From NCBI GenBank assembly GCA_963820525.1, contig CAWGAA010000001.1, positions 1 to 64,000 of the forward strand: a stretch of DNA of 64,000 bases. The letters are read 5' to 3'. The position numbers and the translations under genes were made by a program. Origin of the DNA: an uncultured Spirochaetota bacterium. GTDB taxonomy: Bacteria > Spirochaetota > Spirochaetia > SZUA-6 > Fen-1364. The notes under the pieces are model-generated. The model searched no databases. It had not been told where the DNA came from and worked only from the letters and a program-made list of their open reading frames with translations. Shown here piece by piece: positions 1 to 9,103 of the stretch (position 1 is the stretch's first letter; every line of letters starts with the position of its first letter).

Positions 1-48
1 TGTAGATCGCCGCCGCGCCCGCTGACCCAGCACCTCAAAGAAACGGAC

Positions 49-1134
49 TTACTGCACGATGTAAGCGGTGTCCTGGAGCTGCAGGGGCAACCCGGTACTG
101 GCCAAAGTTATTCTTAGATCCGCCGTGGCGCCGCGAACGGCTTCGAGCTTCGCCACCGCTATCAATCTCCCCTCGCTGGGAGCACCGGGCCTGAAAAGGA
201 GGATTGCAGCGCCGATGACCGGATGCGCCGCCTCGGCGACGTCGACCAGCACCCTATCGCCGGTAATGACCGATAAGGTTCCGAGAAAAACGGCCCTGGG
301 AGTTGACACCATCTCTCACGGAGGCTCGATATTCGCGGTCTTGGCGGTCTCGATCCAGGAGTTCTTGAGATCCTCGGCCACCGCTTCCAGGGTGGAGTAC
401 AGCTTGCTCCCGTAGTATGGGTCGAGGCTCTCGTCGCGGCGCAGGAGGGATAGTTCGTTTATTTGTGGCACGGCTGACGCGGCATCAGACAGAACACTGG
501 TCGATGCTCCCTGGGAGGCGCTCGACGGAGCGGCAGATGGAGCACCGGGCGAGGCGGCAGACGATGAGAGTGACGGATTCGGCATCCCGGTCGCTTGAAG
601 GGCCTTGCGCGTACGCTTCGCGAATCGCGGCTAGGGCCTGGTATGCCCGCGATCAATCTGTCGCGTTCCGCGAGGCTAATGTCCGCCCGCTTTTTGAGAT
701 TCTCGATCAGCATGCTTTCCGTGGTGACCAGCTCGGTAGGATCGAGGAGCAGTTTCTGCTCTTGGATGCGATAAAAACGGAGCGAAAAAGCTATAGCTCC
801 AATCGCAAAGGCGATGGTGAAAATGACCAGAAGGAAGGGCTACCGCAGCTCTCCGTCTACGGACGTCGAAGCCACGGGCACGACGACACGATTCTGCATA
901 AGCTCATCGGCGAGGGCCGCGCGCAATCGTTCCGCCACGCCCGGCACCATGCGCTCAGCCGCATCGGAAGTTCGTGTACCTGTTGCGATGGTCGAGGTCG
1001 CGGCGGCTCTTGGGCTCCCGTCGGAATAGAACGTGAACCCCGTGGATCCGTCGTCGCCCCCTGCAAGAAAACTGCGGGGGCTAATCCTGTCGGTAGATGC
1101 ATCGTGAAAGAAGATGATATATTTTTCAAGTTCG
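49..1134 (-). pseudogene. Degraded membrane-anchored coiled-coil protein gene
   Basis: Protein-like text continues through in-frame TAG 840-842 (..DGELR*PFLLVIFTIAFAIGAIAFSLRFY, a TM helix) into ORF 459-713. It shifts frame at about 645-600 into ORF 316-585 and continues through in-frame TGA 316-318 into ORF 49-312. The 5' end is uncertain. Confidence 0.55.
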
Positions 1135-1155
1135 ATTTTCTTTCCGAGGTACATC

Positions 1156-2196
1156 ATGAAAGCAGCCCAACTGACCGCCATCAGGCGATTCGAGATCCGG
1201 GAGGTCCCGGATCCGAACATCACAAATGACACCGACGTCCGTATCCGCGTCACCACCGTCGGTGTGTGCGGCTCGGACATCCACTATTACACCGATGGCC
1301 GCATCGGGACGCAGGTGGTCGAGTTCCCGTTCACCATCGGGCACGAGGCGGCCGGAGTGGTCGAGCGCACGGGGAAGGCGGTAAAGCGCGTCAAGCCCGG
1401 CGACCGCATCGCCATCGACCCTGCTTCTTATTGCGGAATATGCGACCAATGCCGGGCCGGCCGGGAAAACACCTGCCGCCGGCTCAAGTTCCTGGGCTGT
1501 CCCAAGCAGCTCGACGGCTGCCTGAGCGAATACATCGTCGTGCACGAACACTGCTGTTTCCCGATTCCGCGGGGCATGACCTTCGAGCAGGCCGCGCTCT
1601 CCGAGCCCCTCGGCATCGCCGTGTATTCCGTGGAACGCACCTTTCCCGGCCGCGGCGCGACCGCGGGCATCCTCGGCCTTGGCCCCATCGGCCTGTCCGT
1701 GTTCCACGTGCTGCGCGATCACAAGGCCGGCGACGTCTTCGTCACGGACAAAATCCCCGGGCGCCTCGTCTTCGCGAAGGATCTCAAGCCGAAGTGGAGC
1801 GGCCGGCCGGACCAGACCGAGGTGGCGAAGGAGATCCTCGCGCGGGAGCCTTTGGGCCTCGACCTCGTCTACGAGTGCTCAGGAGATCCGGCGGCCGTCG
1901 CCCAGGGCATCCGGCTGTGCAAACCGGGCGGCCGGTTCGTCATCATCGGCATCCCGGAGGTCGACGAAATCGTCTTTCCCATCCATGAGCTTCGCCGGAA
2001 CGAAATCACCGTCTACAACATCCGCCGCCAGGCGAACTGCACCCGGAAAGCCATCGACCTGATCGCGAAGAGACGGGTGAACCTGGATTCACTGGTAACG
2101 CACCGCTTTCCGCTCGAGCGGACGCAGGAGGCCTTCGACCTCGTCGCCGGCTACCGCGATGGAGTGATGAAGGCAATGATCGCGATCGGGCAATGA
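1156..2196 (+). CDS. Zn-dependent medium-chain (sorbitol/L-iditol-type) dehydrogenase
   Basis: GVCGSD, GHE, CGICDQC-x7-C structural Zn site and GLGPIG; GAGGT SD before ATG 1156. Confidence 0.9.
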   Translation: MKAAQLTAIRRFEIREVPDPNITNDTDVRIRVTTVGVCGSDIHYYTDGRIGTQVVEFPFTIGHEAAGVVERTGKAVKRVKPGDRIAIDPASYCGICDQCRAGRENTCRRLKFLGCPKQLDGCLSEYIVVHEHCCFPIPRGMTFEQAALSEPLGIAVYSVERTFPGRGATAGILGLGPIGLSVFHVLRDHKAGDVFVTDKIPGRLVFAKDLKPKWSGRPDQTEVAKEILAREPLGLDLVYECSGDPAAVAQGIRLCKPGGRFVIIGIPEVDEIVFPIHELRRNEITVYNIRRQANCTRKAIDLIAKRRVNLDSLVTHRFPLERTQEAFDLVAGYRDGVMKAMIAIGQ

Positions 2197-3707
2197 TGGG
2201 CGGGCGATTCAAGGCGGGCGCAGCCGGCCTGGTCATCGGCCTCGATGCCTCCACCACGGGCGCCAAGGCGCTCGCCCTCGACCGGAACGGCCGGGTCGTC
2301 GCCCAGGCCTCGCACCCCATCCCTCTCTCCTCCCCGCGGCCGAATTGTTACGAGCAGGACCCGGCAGACTGGTGGAAGGCGGCGCGGCTGACGCTCGGAT
2401 CGGTGGCGCGCGAGGTCGGGGCGGAGCGCATCTCCGCCCTGGCGGTCTCGAACCAGCGGGAGACCTTCGTGCCCTTGGGACCGAACGGCCGGCCGCTCCG
2501 GCCCGCCATCATCTGGCTCGACGAGCGCTGCAAGGGCGAGGTCGAGCCCTTTTCCCGAAAAATCGGCAAGAGGAAAATCCTCGCGATCACGGGCAAGCCG
2601 GCGGACTACGCGCCGGTGGTCTACCGCCTCGCCTGGATGAAACGCCACGAGCCGAGGCTCTTCGAGCGGACAGGCATGTTCTGCGACGTGCATGCATACC
2701 TTTCCGGGAAACTCACGGGCGGGTTCAGAACGAGCTGGGCAAGCGCCGATCCGCTCGGCCTTTTCGACCTCAGGAGCAAACGATGGTCCCCGGTCATTTT
2801 GAAGGCGCTCGGGCTCTCGCCAAACCGGCTGCCCGAAGCCCTCCGCCCGGGCGCGGTGCTCGGCGAAATAACCCCGGCGGCGGCGCGTGAGTGCGGCCTT
2901 GCGGCCGGCACGTCCGTGGTTGCCGGCGGCGGCGACGGCCAGGCGGCGGGCCTTGGCGTGAACGCGCTCTGCGGCGCGCGAGCCTACCTCAACCTGGGCA
3001 CCGCGGTGGTGGCCGGCGTGTTCGGCGACGCCTGCCGGACGAGCACCGCCTTCCGTACGCTCATCGCCTGCGCCGACTCGGGTTTCTACTACGAATGCAG
3101 CCTGCGCTCCGGCTCCTTCGCGATTGACTGGCTCGTCAAGAACGTCCTCGGCCTCGATCCTCATACAGACCCCGGCGTCTACCACCGCCTGGAAGAGGGA
3201 GCGCGCCGGCTTGGGCCCGGCAGCGACGGCCTCTTCCACCTCCCGTACCTCTGCGGCGTCATGAATCCCTACTGGGACATGGACGCCCGCGGCGCATTCA
3301 CCGGCCTCTCCTCCTCGCATGGCCGATATCACCTCTACCGCGCGGTTCTCGAAGGCATCGCCTTTGAGCAGGCGCTCGCCTTGAGTGCCGTGGAGCGGGC
3401 CGTGGGCGAACCGGTGCGCGAGCTCGTCGCCATCGGCGGGGGGGCTTCGAACGCGCTCTGGCTCCGGATCCTGGCCGACGTGACCGGCAAATCCATCTGC
3501 CTTCCGGCCAACACCGAGGCGTCGGCCCTGGGCGCCGGGATCGCGGCCGCAATGGGCGCGGGCTGGTTCGGGAGCTTTGCCGAAGCCGCCGCCGCCATGA
3601 CCGCGGTGAAAAAAATCATCGAGCCGGATCCGAAGAACCGCAAGGTGTACCGGGAGCTTTTCGAAAAGTATCGACTGATTTATCCGAGTCTCAATCAAAG
3701 GCGATAA
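2193..3707 (+). CDS. FGGY-family sugar kinase (xylulokinase-like)
   Basis: IGLDASTTGAK, NQRET, GGGDGQAA and RAVLEGIAF motifs; overlaps the upstream stop codon. Confidence 0.9.
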   Translation: MMGGRFKAGAAGLVIGLDASTTGAKALALDRNGRVVAQASHPIPLSSPRPNCYEQDPADWWKAARLTLGSVAREVGAERISALAVSNQRETFVPLGPNGRPLRPAIIWLDERCKGEVEPFSRKIGKRKILAITGKPADYAPVVYRLAWMKRHEPRLFERTGMFCDVHAYLSGKLTGGFRTSWASADPLGLFDLRSKRWSPVILKALGLSPNRLPEALRPGAVLGEITPAAARECGLAAGTSVVAGGGDGQAAGLGVNALCGARAYLNLGTAVVAGVFGDACRTSTAFRTLIACADSGFYYECSLRSGSFAIDWLVKNVLGLDPHTDPGVYHRLEEGARRLGPGSDGLFHLPYLCGVMNPYWDMDARGAFTGLSSSHGRYHLYRAVLEGIAFEQALALSAVERAVGEPVRELVAIGGGASNALWLRILADVTGKSICLPANTEASALGAGIAAAMGAGWFGSFAEAAAAMTAVKKIIEPDPKNRKVYRELFEKYRLIYPSLNQRR

Positions 3708-3849
3708 AGGATAACCGGTCCTCCTTCTCCCGCTCTACACCTCTGCCCGTCGATGGGGAAGGCCCGCCGCCAGCCGCTCCGGGTCAGTTGAAGTTCAGAT
3801 TCCACATCACGCCGAATGAGCGCCCGCCGCCAACTTCGCGCGAGTCCTC

Positions 3850-4620
3850 CTATCTCCGCACCATTCGAATGAAGTCGAATGAGACACCTTCAAGCGTAAA
3901 GCAGCACGCCTTCTCTCCCTTCCGCTCGATGATAGAGAGGGTTTGCTCGTGGCGGTACCCGACCGGTACGACCATCCTCCCCTCCGCGGCTGACAGCTGG
4001 GCGGTCAGGTGCCAGATATTCGACAGGTGTGGGACCGAAGCGGCCACGATGATGCCGTCGAAGGGGCATTTCTCGACGAGTCCTTCCTGGCCGTTGCCCG
4101 CGAAAAGCTCGATGCGTCCCCGGTGAGGGAAGTGCCTCCGGATCGAGAGATACCGTCTCACGCATTCCCTTTTGTTTTGCGCTCTCTTCAGCCTTTTATC
4201 GACCTTGTATCCGAGCCGCACGAGGATTCCGTTCGCGACATCCGCAACCGACCGGTCGATCTCGATTGTGCATACGTTCACACCCATCTCCGCCAGGACC
4301 GCAGCCTGGTAGCCCGTGCCGGTTCCGATCTCGAGCAGCCTGTCGCCCTTCGATACTCCGGCGAGGGAAATCATCTGCGCGACGACGGAGGGAGCGGAAG
4401 TGGTCAATCCTCGGCAGGTTGGCAGGGCGTTATCCGTGTACGCAAGGGCTTTGTAGCCCTCATTGACGAAGAGGTGTCTGGGGACGTTTCTTATGGCGGA
4501 AAGGATGGCGGGGTTTCTGTAGCTGTCCGGAAAGTTCTGCACGATCCGTTCTTCGAGAAGGGAGACATTCTCCCGGAAAAACCCGTACTCATCTTCGGAA
4601 AAGACGAACTCCCAGGACAT
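3850..4620 (-). CDS. pcm: Protein-L-isoaspartate O-methyltransferase
   Basis: VPRHLFV, AYTDNALP, LLEIGTGTGYQAAVLAE, PFDGIIVAA and GRMVVPVG motifs. Confidence 0.85.
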   Translation of the reverse strand: MSWEFVFSEDEYGFFRENVSLLEERIVQNFPDSYRNPAILSAIRNVPRHLFVNEGYKALAYTDNALPTCRGLTTSAPSVVAQMISLAGVSKGDRLLEIGTGTGYQAAVLAEMGVNVCTIEIDRSVADVANGILVRLGYKVDKRLKRAQNKRECVRRYLSIRRHFPHRGRIELFAGNGQEGLVEKCPFDGIIVAASVPHLSNIWHLTAQLSAAEGRMVVPVGYRHEQTLSIIERKGEKACCFTLEGVSFDFIRMVRR

Positions 4621-4650
4621 TGCCGCCGGCTCCCGCCGCTTGATCGATTG

Positions 4651-5172
4651 TCATGCGTCACGACCGTCCCTGAGGATCACAGGCAAGAGAGCGGCTGCGA
4701 GACTTTCCCGATTGCCGGGATCCAATTCGAAGAGCGAAATATCCGGCCTCCGCTTGACGCGCTCGATGAATCCGGTGCCGCGGCGTGCGATCGTCGCGAT
4801 GCATATCCTTTGCGAATCGAGGATTGCCGTGACGAGCCGCTGGAACTCCTTTGAAAGGCATTCCATTTTCCCGATCTCGTCGATGACGACGTACTTCGTG
4901 GCCTGGTCCAGGAAGGGAAGGGAACCCAGGAATCGCTCGAATCCTTCCACGTCCACGCCGTACTTGCCGACTCGGAAAGAGCCGTGGATGTCGACGTGGG
5001 ACAGCAATCCCGTCCTTCCGTCCAAGCTCACAAGCGTGAATCCCGTGCGCGCGCCTCCATCGCGGATCTCTTCGGTGTAGAAACCTACGGGGTGAAAGGG
5101 TTGCAGCGTTCGGACGATCTCTCGGATAACAGTGGTTTTACCTATCCCCGGCATGCCCGTGATGAGATACAT
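4651..5172 (-). CDS. THEP1/NTPase_1-family nucleoside triphosphatase
   Basis: ITGMPGIGKTT Walker A, GFYTEEIR, VGKYGV and VIDEIGKME motifs. Confidence 0.9.
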   Translation of the reverse strand: MYLITGMPGIGKTTVIREIVRTLQPFHPVGFYTEEIRDGGARTGFTLVSLDGRTGLLSHVDIHGSFRVGKYGVDVEGFERFLGSLPFLDQATKYVVIDEIGKMECLSKEFQRLVTAILDSQRICIATIARRGTGFIERVKRRPDISLFELDPGNRESLAAALLPVILRDGRDA

Positions 5173-5232
5173 GCTTTCGCTCCAGTCTCACCGTTGTCGA
5201 TTCTTTCGTCAAGACGATTGGCAGCAGGACTG

Positions 5233-5241
5233 TGTTATAAT
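5233..5241 (+). promoter_or_regulatory. Extended -10 promoter (TGnTATAAT)
   Basis: TGTTATAAT about 25 nt upstream of ATG 5266. Confidence 0.55.
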
Positions 5242-5265
5242 CAGTGGCGGAATTCACAGGGGGAA

Positions 5266-5886
5266 ATGATCTCTTCGAACGGAAAACAGGTCATACAACT
5301 TCCTCCGCCTCAAAGGGAGAGTCCAACATCGATCGAGGAGGCTCTCCTCAGGAGAAGATCGATTCGGGAGTATCGGCAGGAGGCCCTGTCGCTCAAGGAG
5401 CTCGCACAGCTGCTTTGGGCGGCACAGGGAGTGACGGACCCGGGAGGGTACAGGACAGCGCCTTCGGCGGGAGCGCTCTTTCCTATCGAGCTCTTCGTCG
5501 CAGCCGGAAACGTGAACGAAGTTCCCGCGGGTGTCTACAAATACGTGCCTGACAGGCATTGGCTCGTCATGGGACTCCATGGTGACAGGAGATACAGCAT
5601 TTATACGGCGGCGTTGATGCAGGACCCTATCAGGAGAGCCGAGGCTGTTCTCGTTTTCGCCGTCGTCTACGAGCGGACAACGAGGAAATACGGCGAGAGG
5701 GGGATACGGTACGCGCAGATCGATGTGGGTCACGCGGCGCAGAATGTCTACCTGCAGTGCGTCTCCCTGAACCTGGGGACGGTTGCCATCGGGGCCTTTT
5801 TCGATGTGGGGGTGAAAAAGGCCATTGGGGCGAAAGATGATGAAGTTCCCCTCTACATTATGCCTATCGGGAGAGGGAGTCTCTGA
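5266..5886 (+). CDS. SagB/ThcOx-family nitroreductase-like dehydrogenase
   Basis: RRRSIREY, LLWAAQG, RTAPSAGALFP, KYGERG and GHAAQNVYL motifs; GGGG SD before ATG 5266. Confidence 0.9.
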   Translation: MISSNGKQVIQLPPPQRESPTSIEEALLRRRSIREYRQEALSLKELAQLLWAAQGVTDPGGYRTAPSAGALFPIELFVAAGNVNEVPAGVYKYVPDRHWLVMGLHGDRRYSIYTAALMQDPIRRAEAVLVFAVVYERTTRKYGERGIRYAQIDVGHAAQNVYLQCVSLNLGTVAIGAFFDVGVKKAIGAKDDEVPLYIMPIGRGSL

Positions 5887-5901
5887 TTCCGGGAGGATAC
5901 C

Positions 5902-6105
5902 ATGGCTGTTCAGATCTGCAAGTACTGTGCGAAAAGAATATCGGGCAAAATCCCCGGTTTCTGCTCGAGAAGCCCAAACAAGAACCACGAGCTCATCATC
6001 GAACAGGCCCAATACATCTGCAAGTATTGCGGCAAGAAGTCGTCAGAACCGTTTGCAGGTCCCTGCAAGGCAAGTCCCCACAAGAACCATGAGATGGTCG
6101 GATGA
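5902..6105 (+). CDS. 67-aa tandem C-x2-C-x11-C-x7-H putative zinc-finger protein
   Basis: Strong GGAGG SD; two 34-aa repeats of ICKYC...C..SP.KNHE. Confidence 0.8.
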   Translation: MAVQICKYCAKRISGKIPGFCSRSPNKNHELIIEQAQYICKYCGKKSSEPFAGPCKASPHKNHEMVG

Positions 6106-6123
6106 TGCGGATCGAAGGCGGCT

Positions 6124-6220
6124 ATGGCGACATGCCTTCTGTGCGGCGCCTCATCGCCACTGATCTCCCGGGCTCTTGGCGTCTGCATCGAATGCATCCG
6201 GAAGGACTTCTCCCGACGTG
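6124..6220 (+). pseudogene. Probable N-terminal remnant of a PFL-activase-like radical SAM gene
   Basis: MATCLLCGASSPLISRALGVCIECIR resembles the Cys-rich N-terminus of that subfamily (from memory). The frame then runs antisense into spoVR with no CxxxCxxC. Confidence 0.45.
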
Positions 6221-6280
6221 CTCAATTTGTGGGAAACGCCGATTCTCTCCCGCACTCAACGTCAGGAAGCCATCCCGTCA

Positions 6281-7771
6281 TCAGTCCGAGCGAACGTGGA
6301 TTCCCCGTCCGTCGATCACGTAGAGCCTGGCGCTCGTGGCACCGTCGTGGGGCTCCCGCGTCTCGAGGTACACGGGGCGGCCCCAGAGGGAAAAGATGTG
6401 CTCGAGGGTCCTGCGGCAGTACTCGTCGTCCAACGGGAGCCCCTCGTAGGCGTGGGAAAGATAGAGCTGGAGGCTGCCCTGGTAGTTTCCGTCCATCAGC
6501 TGGATCCGCGGCACGCCCCAGTTCATCATGCTCTGCACGAGGAAACGCTTCACTTTCTTCCAATCCGTTTCCTCCACCACGGTTTCGTAGTAGGTTTCCT
6601 TGTCGTTCTCCACGTAGACGTAGAGCCCCAGCTTCTCGATCACCTCGCGGGTCAGAAACTCGTCCAGGAAGAACCAATCCATGTAGGTCCGCCGGACGTC
6701 GAAGATCTTCTTCAGCCCCTGCCCAAGCCCGAGGTCCCAGTTCTTCCTGGCCTGGAGATTCCGCTCCCCCTCCCACTCCTGGCCGAAGCGCCCTTTGTTC
6801 CAGCGCTCTTCGATGTCGGAGAAGATGGAGTGGCCCAGGAGATAGGGGTTGATCATCCGGGGATGATGCGCCTTGACGCGGGCGTTATAGAGGTTGTACG
6901 CGCCGTGCTCCTCCGAGTGGAGGAACTTGTCGGCGAAGAGCCTCTGCATGATCTTCTCATGCCAGTAGGTGGCCCACCCTTCGTTCATGATCTTGGTGCG
7001 GCGGTACGGCATGAAGTACTGGGCCTGGCCCCGGATGACGGCAAGCACGTCCTTCTCCCACTCCGCGAGGGGACGGGGAGAATGGGCCATGATGTAGCCC
7101 AGAAGCTCCACGGTGGGCTGCGGAGGGGTGCGCATCCGCAGCTCCTTTTTCTGCGAGGTGGAGACCTCCTCCCGGCGGGGCAGGAGGTCGTCGAACGGGC
7201 CGTGGGGTGAGGCGGTCCCGGACCAGCCGTACAGCCGCTCCCGCTCCTGCTCTTCGGTCTCCGGATGCATCTGCTCGTCCGGGTCGATGTTCCACTGGAT
7301 GGCCAGTCCCGCGTCTATGATCTTCTCCACCGCCTCCAGGCCGTAATCCTCCTCGTACTGGCGGAAACGCGCCGCCGCTTCCGAGGCCGAGGTGATCATG
7401 TCGCGCCGGGCGAGCTCGAAATGCCGGCTGTTCTTCATGAAGTCGTTGTGCGCGTAAACGTGGGCGATGACGAGCACCTGGATGGGGAAGGGGTTGGTTT
7501 CCATGAGATACGCGCGGGAGGGGTTCGAGTTGAAGACGATCTCGTAGGGCACTCCGAAGCCGTGCTCGTACTTGGTCCTCTCCACTTCGTAGTTCCTCCC
7601 GAAGCTCCAGTGGGAGAAGTTGACGGGAAGCCCGTAGGCCAGGATCTCGAGCATTTTCTGGTCCGGGATCACGTCGAACTCCTGTGGCAGGAAATCGAGC
7701 CCGAACTCCCTGGCGATCTTCTGGATGAGCGCGTCCGCTTCGTTGAGCCTTTTCAGATCCACCTTTGCCAT
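6281..7771 (-). CDS. spoVR: SpoVR/YcgB family protein
   Basis: HWSFG, YEIVFNSNP, IAHVYAHNDF, TKIMNEGWATYWH and NPYLLG motifs. Confidence 0.93.
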   Translation of the reverse strand: MAKVDLKRLNEADALIQKIAREFGLDFLPQEFDVIPDQKMLEILAYGLPVNFSHWSFGRNYEVERTKYEHGFGVPYEIVFNSNPSRAYLMETNPFPIQVLVIAHVYAHNDFMKNSRHFELARRDMITSASEAAARFRQYEEDYGLEAVEKIIDAGLAIQWNIDPDEQMHPETEEQERERLYGWSGTASPHGPFDDLLPRREEVSTSQKKELRMRTPPQPTVELLGYIMAHSPRPLAEWEKDVLAVIRGQAQYFMPYRRTKIMNEGWATYWHEKIMQRLFADKFLHSEEHGAYNLYNARVKAHHPRMINPYLLGHSIFSDIEERWNKGRFGQEWEGERNLQARKNWDLGLGQGLKKIFDVRRTYMDWFFLDEFLTREVIEKLGLYVYVENDKETYYETVVEETDWKKVKRFLVQSMMNWGVPRIQLMDGNYQGSLQLYLSHAYEGLPLDDEYCRRTLEHIFSLWGRPVYLETREPHDGATSARLYVIDGRGIHVRSD

Positions 7772-7799
7772 GGGAGCGGCCTCCTCTCAGGGCCCGGGC

Positions 7800-9098
7800 T
7801 TACTCCGGCCGGAGCAGAACGCGAAGGGCGGGGTACAGGTCCTTTTTCTCCTGGAGCACCACTCCCACCATGGGTGACCGCGCCCACGTGCCCTGGTAAT
7901 AGCGGAGCCCTTCCTCGTTGACCTCTTGGAGATACAGCTCGTGCTGGAACGCCTGCATGAGCGTGGAGTAGCCGTACTCGGCCTGGATTTCTCCGTAGCC
8001 GAACGTGGCGACTCCCTTTTCCAGGAGCTTCTTCAGCGACTGGACGCTGCGCTCCACCTCCCAATCCTCGCCGTCGGAGAAGTGGAAGGGATAGACGTTC
8101 CACTTCTGGGTGGGGTAGGTGCTTTCGATGAGCTCGGCGGCAAGCTCGTACGCCGAAGAGCAGACGGTTCCCCCCGACTCGCCCTTGTGGAAGAACTCCT
8201 CCTCCTCCACGAGCTTGGCCTCCGTGGTATGGGCGATGAACCGGATCTCCACGTGTTTGTAGATGGTCTTGAGAAACGAGGTCATCCAGAAGAAGAAGGA
8301 CCGCGCCAGGTATTTCTTGATCGTATCCATGCTTCCCGACACATCCATCATGGCCATGACCACGGCGTTGGACTGGCTCTCCTCGTCTTCCACGACGGTG
8401 CGGAAGCGAAGGTCGGGGCTTCCCACCATCAGACGCGGCCGCGTCGCCGCTTGCGGCAGCGTCTGGCCCGAGGCCAGGAGCCGGACGGCGGCGGCCGCGT
8501 CGCCGTGGGACGCGTCCAGGGCGATCCTGCAGTCAGCCTCGCTCCGCCCCGTCTGCCTCATGATCTGACCGACGAGCACCTCGGTGCGCCGGATTGTTTC
8601 CTTGATGGTGCGCTTCTTGTCCAGGCGCGGGCGGATCCCCGACTTCTCCACCGAGTCGATCTTCCAGCCCTTGGAGATGAGGGTCTCCTGCACCTCCTTC
8701 TTCTGGAGGTTGGGCAGCCCCAGGTCCTCCATCATCATGGAGACGAGCTCCTCCAGATCGATCTCCGTCTCCAGGTAGTCGACGCCAGGCTCGTCTCCCG
8801 GCTTGCCCGGCTGTCCCTGTCCCGGCTTGGGCCTCTGCCCGATCACCTTGCCCTTCTGGGATTCTCCGCTTCCGAACCCGCCGGCCGCGTCCCCCTTCTG
8901 GCCGTGGATGAAGTGGTAACTCTTGATCCCGCGGATGGGGATCTTCACGACCTTGCTCTCCTTCCGGGTGATGATGGACTCCTCGCTGATGATGTCGGGG
9001 AGGCTCCTGCGGATCGCCTCCTTGACCTTCTGGCGGTGGCGGGCCGCGTCGGCGCGCCCGCGCGGGGCCGAGGCGTAATCGGGTTGGGCAACGGCCAT
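7800..9098 (-). CDS. yeaH: YeaH/YhbH (DUF444) VWA-like protein
   Basis: RHRQKVKEAIRRSLPDIISEESII, MMDVSGSM, FIAHTTEA, GESGGT and FHFSDGED motifs; start reassigned to ATG 9098. Confidence 0.9.
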   Translation of the reverse strand: MAVAQPDYASAPRGRADAARHRQKVKEAIRRSLPDIISEESIITRKESKVVKIPIRGIKSYHFIHGQKGDAAGGFGSGESQKGKVIGQRPKPGQGQPGKPGDEPGVDYLETEIDLEELVSMMMEDLGLPNLQKKEVQETLISKGWKIDSVEKSGIRPRLDKKRTIKETIRRTEVLVGQIMRQTGRSEADCRIALDASHGDAAAAVRLLASGQTLPQAATRPRLMVGSPDLRFRTVVEDEESQSNAVVMAMMDVSGSMDTIKKYLARSFFFWMTSFLKTIYKHVEIRFIAHTTEAKLVEEEEFFHKGESGGTVCSSAYELAAELIESTYPTQKWNVYPFHFSDGEDWEVERSVQSLKKLLEKGVATFGYGEIQAEYGYSTLMQAFQHELYLQEVNEEGLRYYQGTWARSPMVGVVLQEKKDLYPALRVLLRPE

Positions 9099-9103
9099 CG
9101 CCG

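Noticed and set aside
316..842. Selenocysteine/pyrrolysine readthrough at the in-frame TGA and TAG
   Set aside because: The same gene also has frameshifts, and the stops are not in a redox or methyltransferase context
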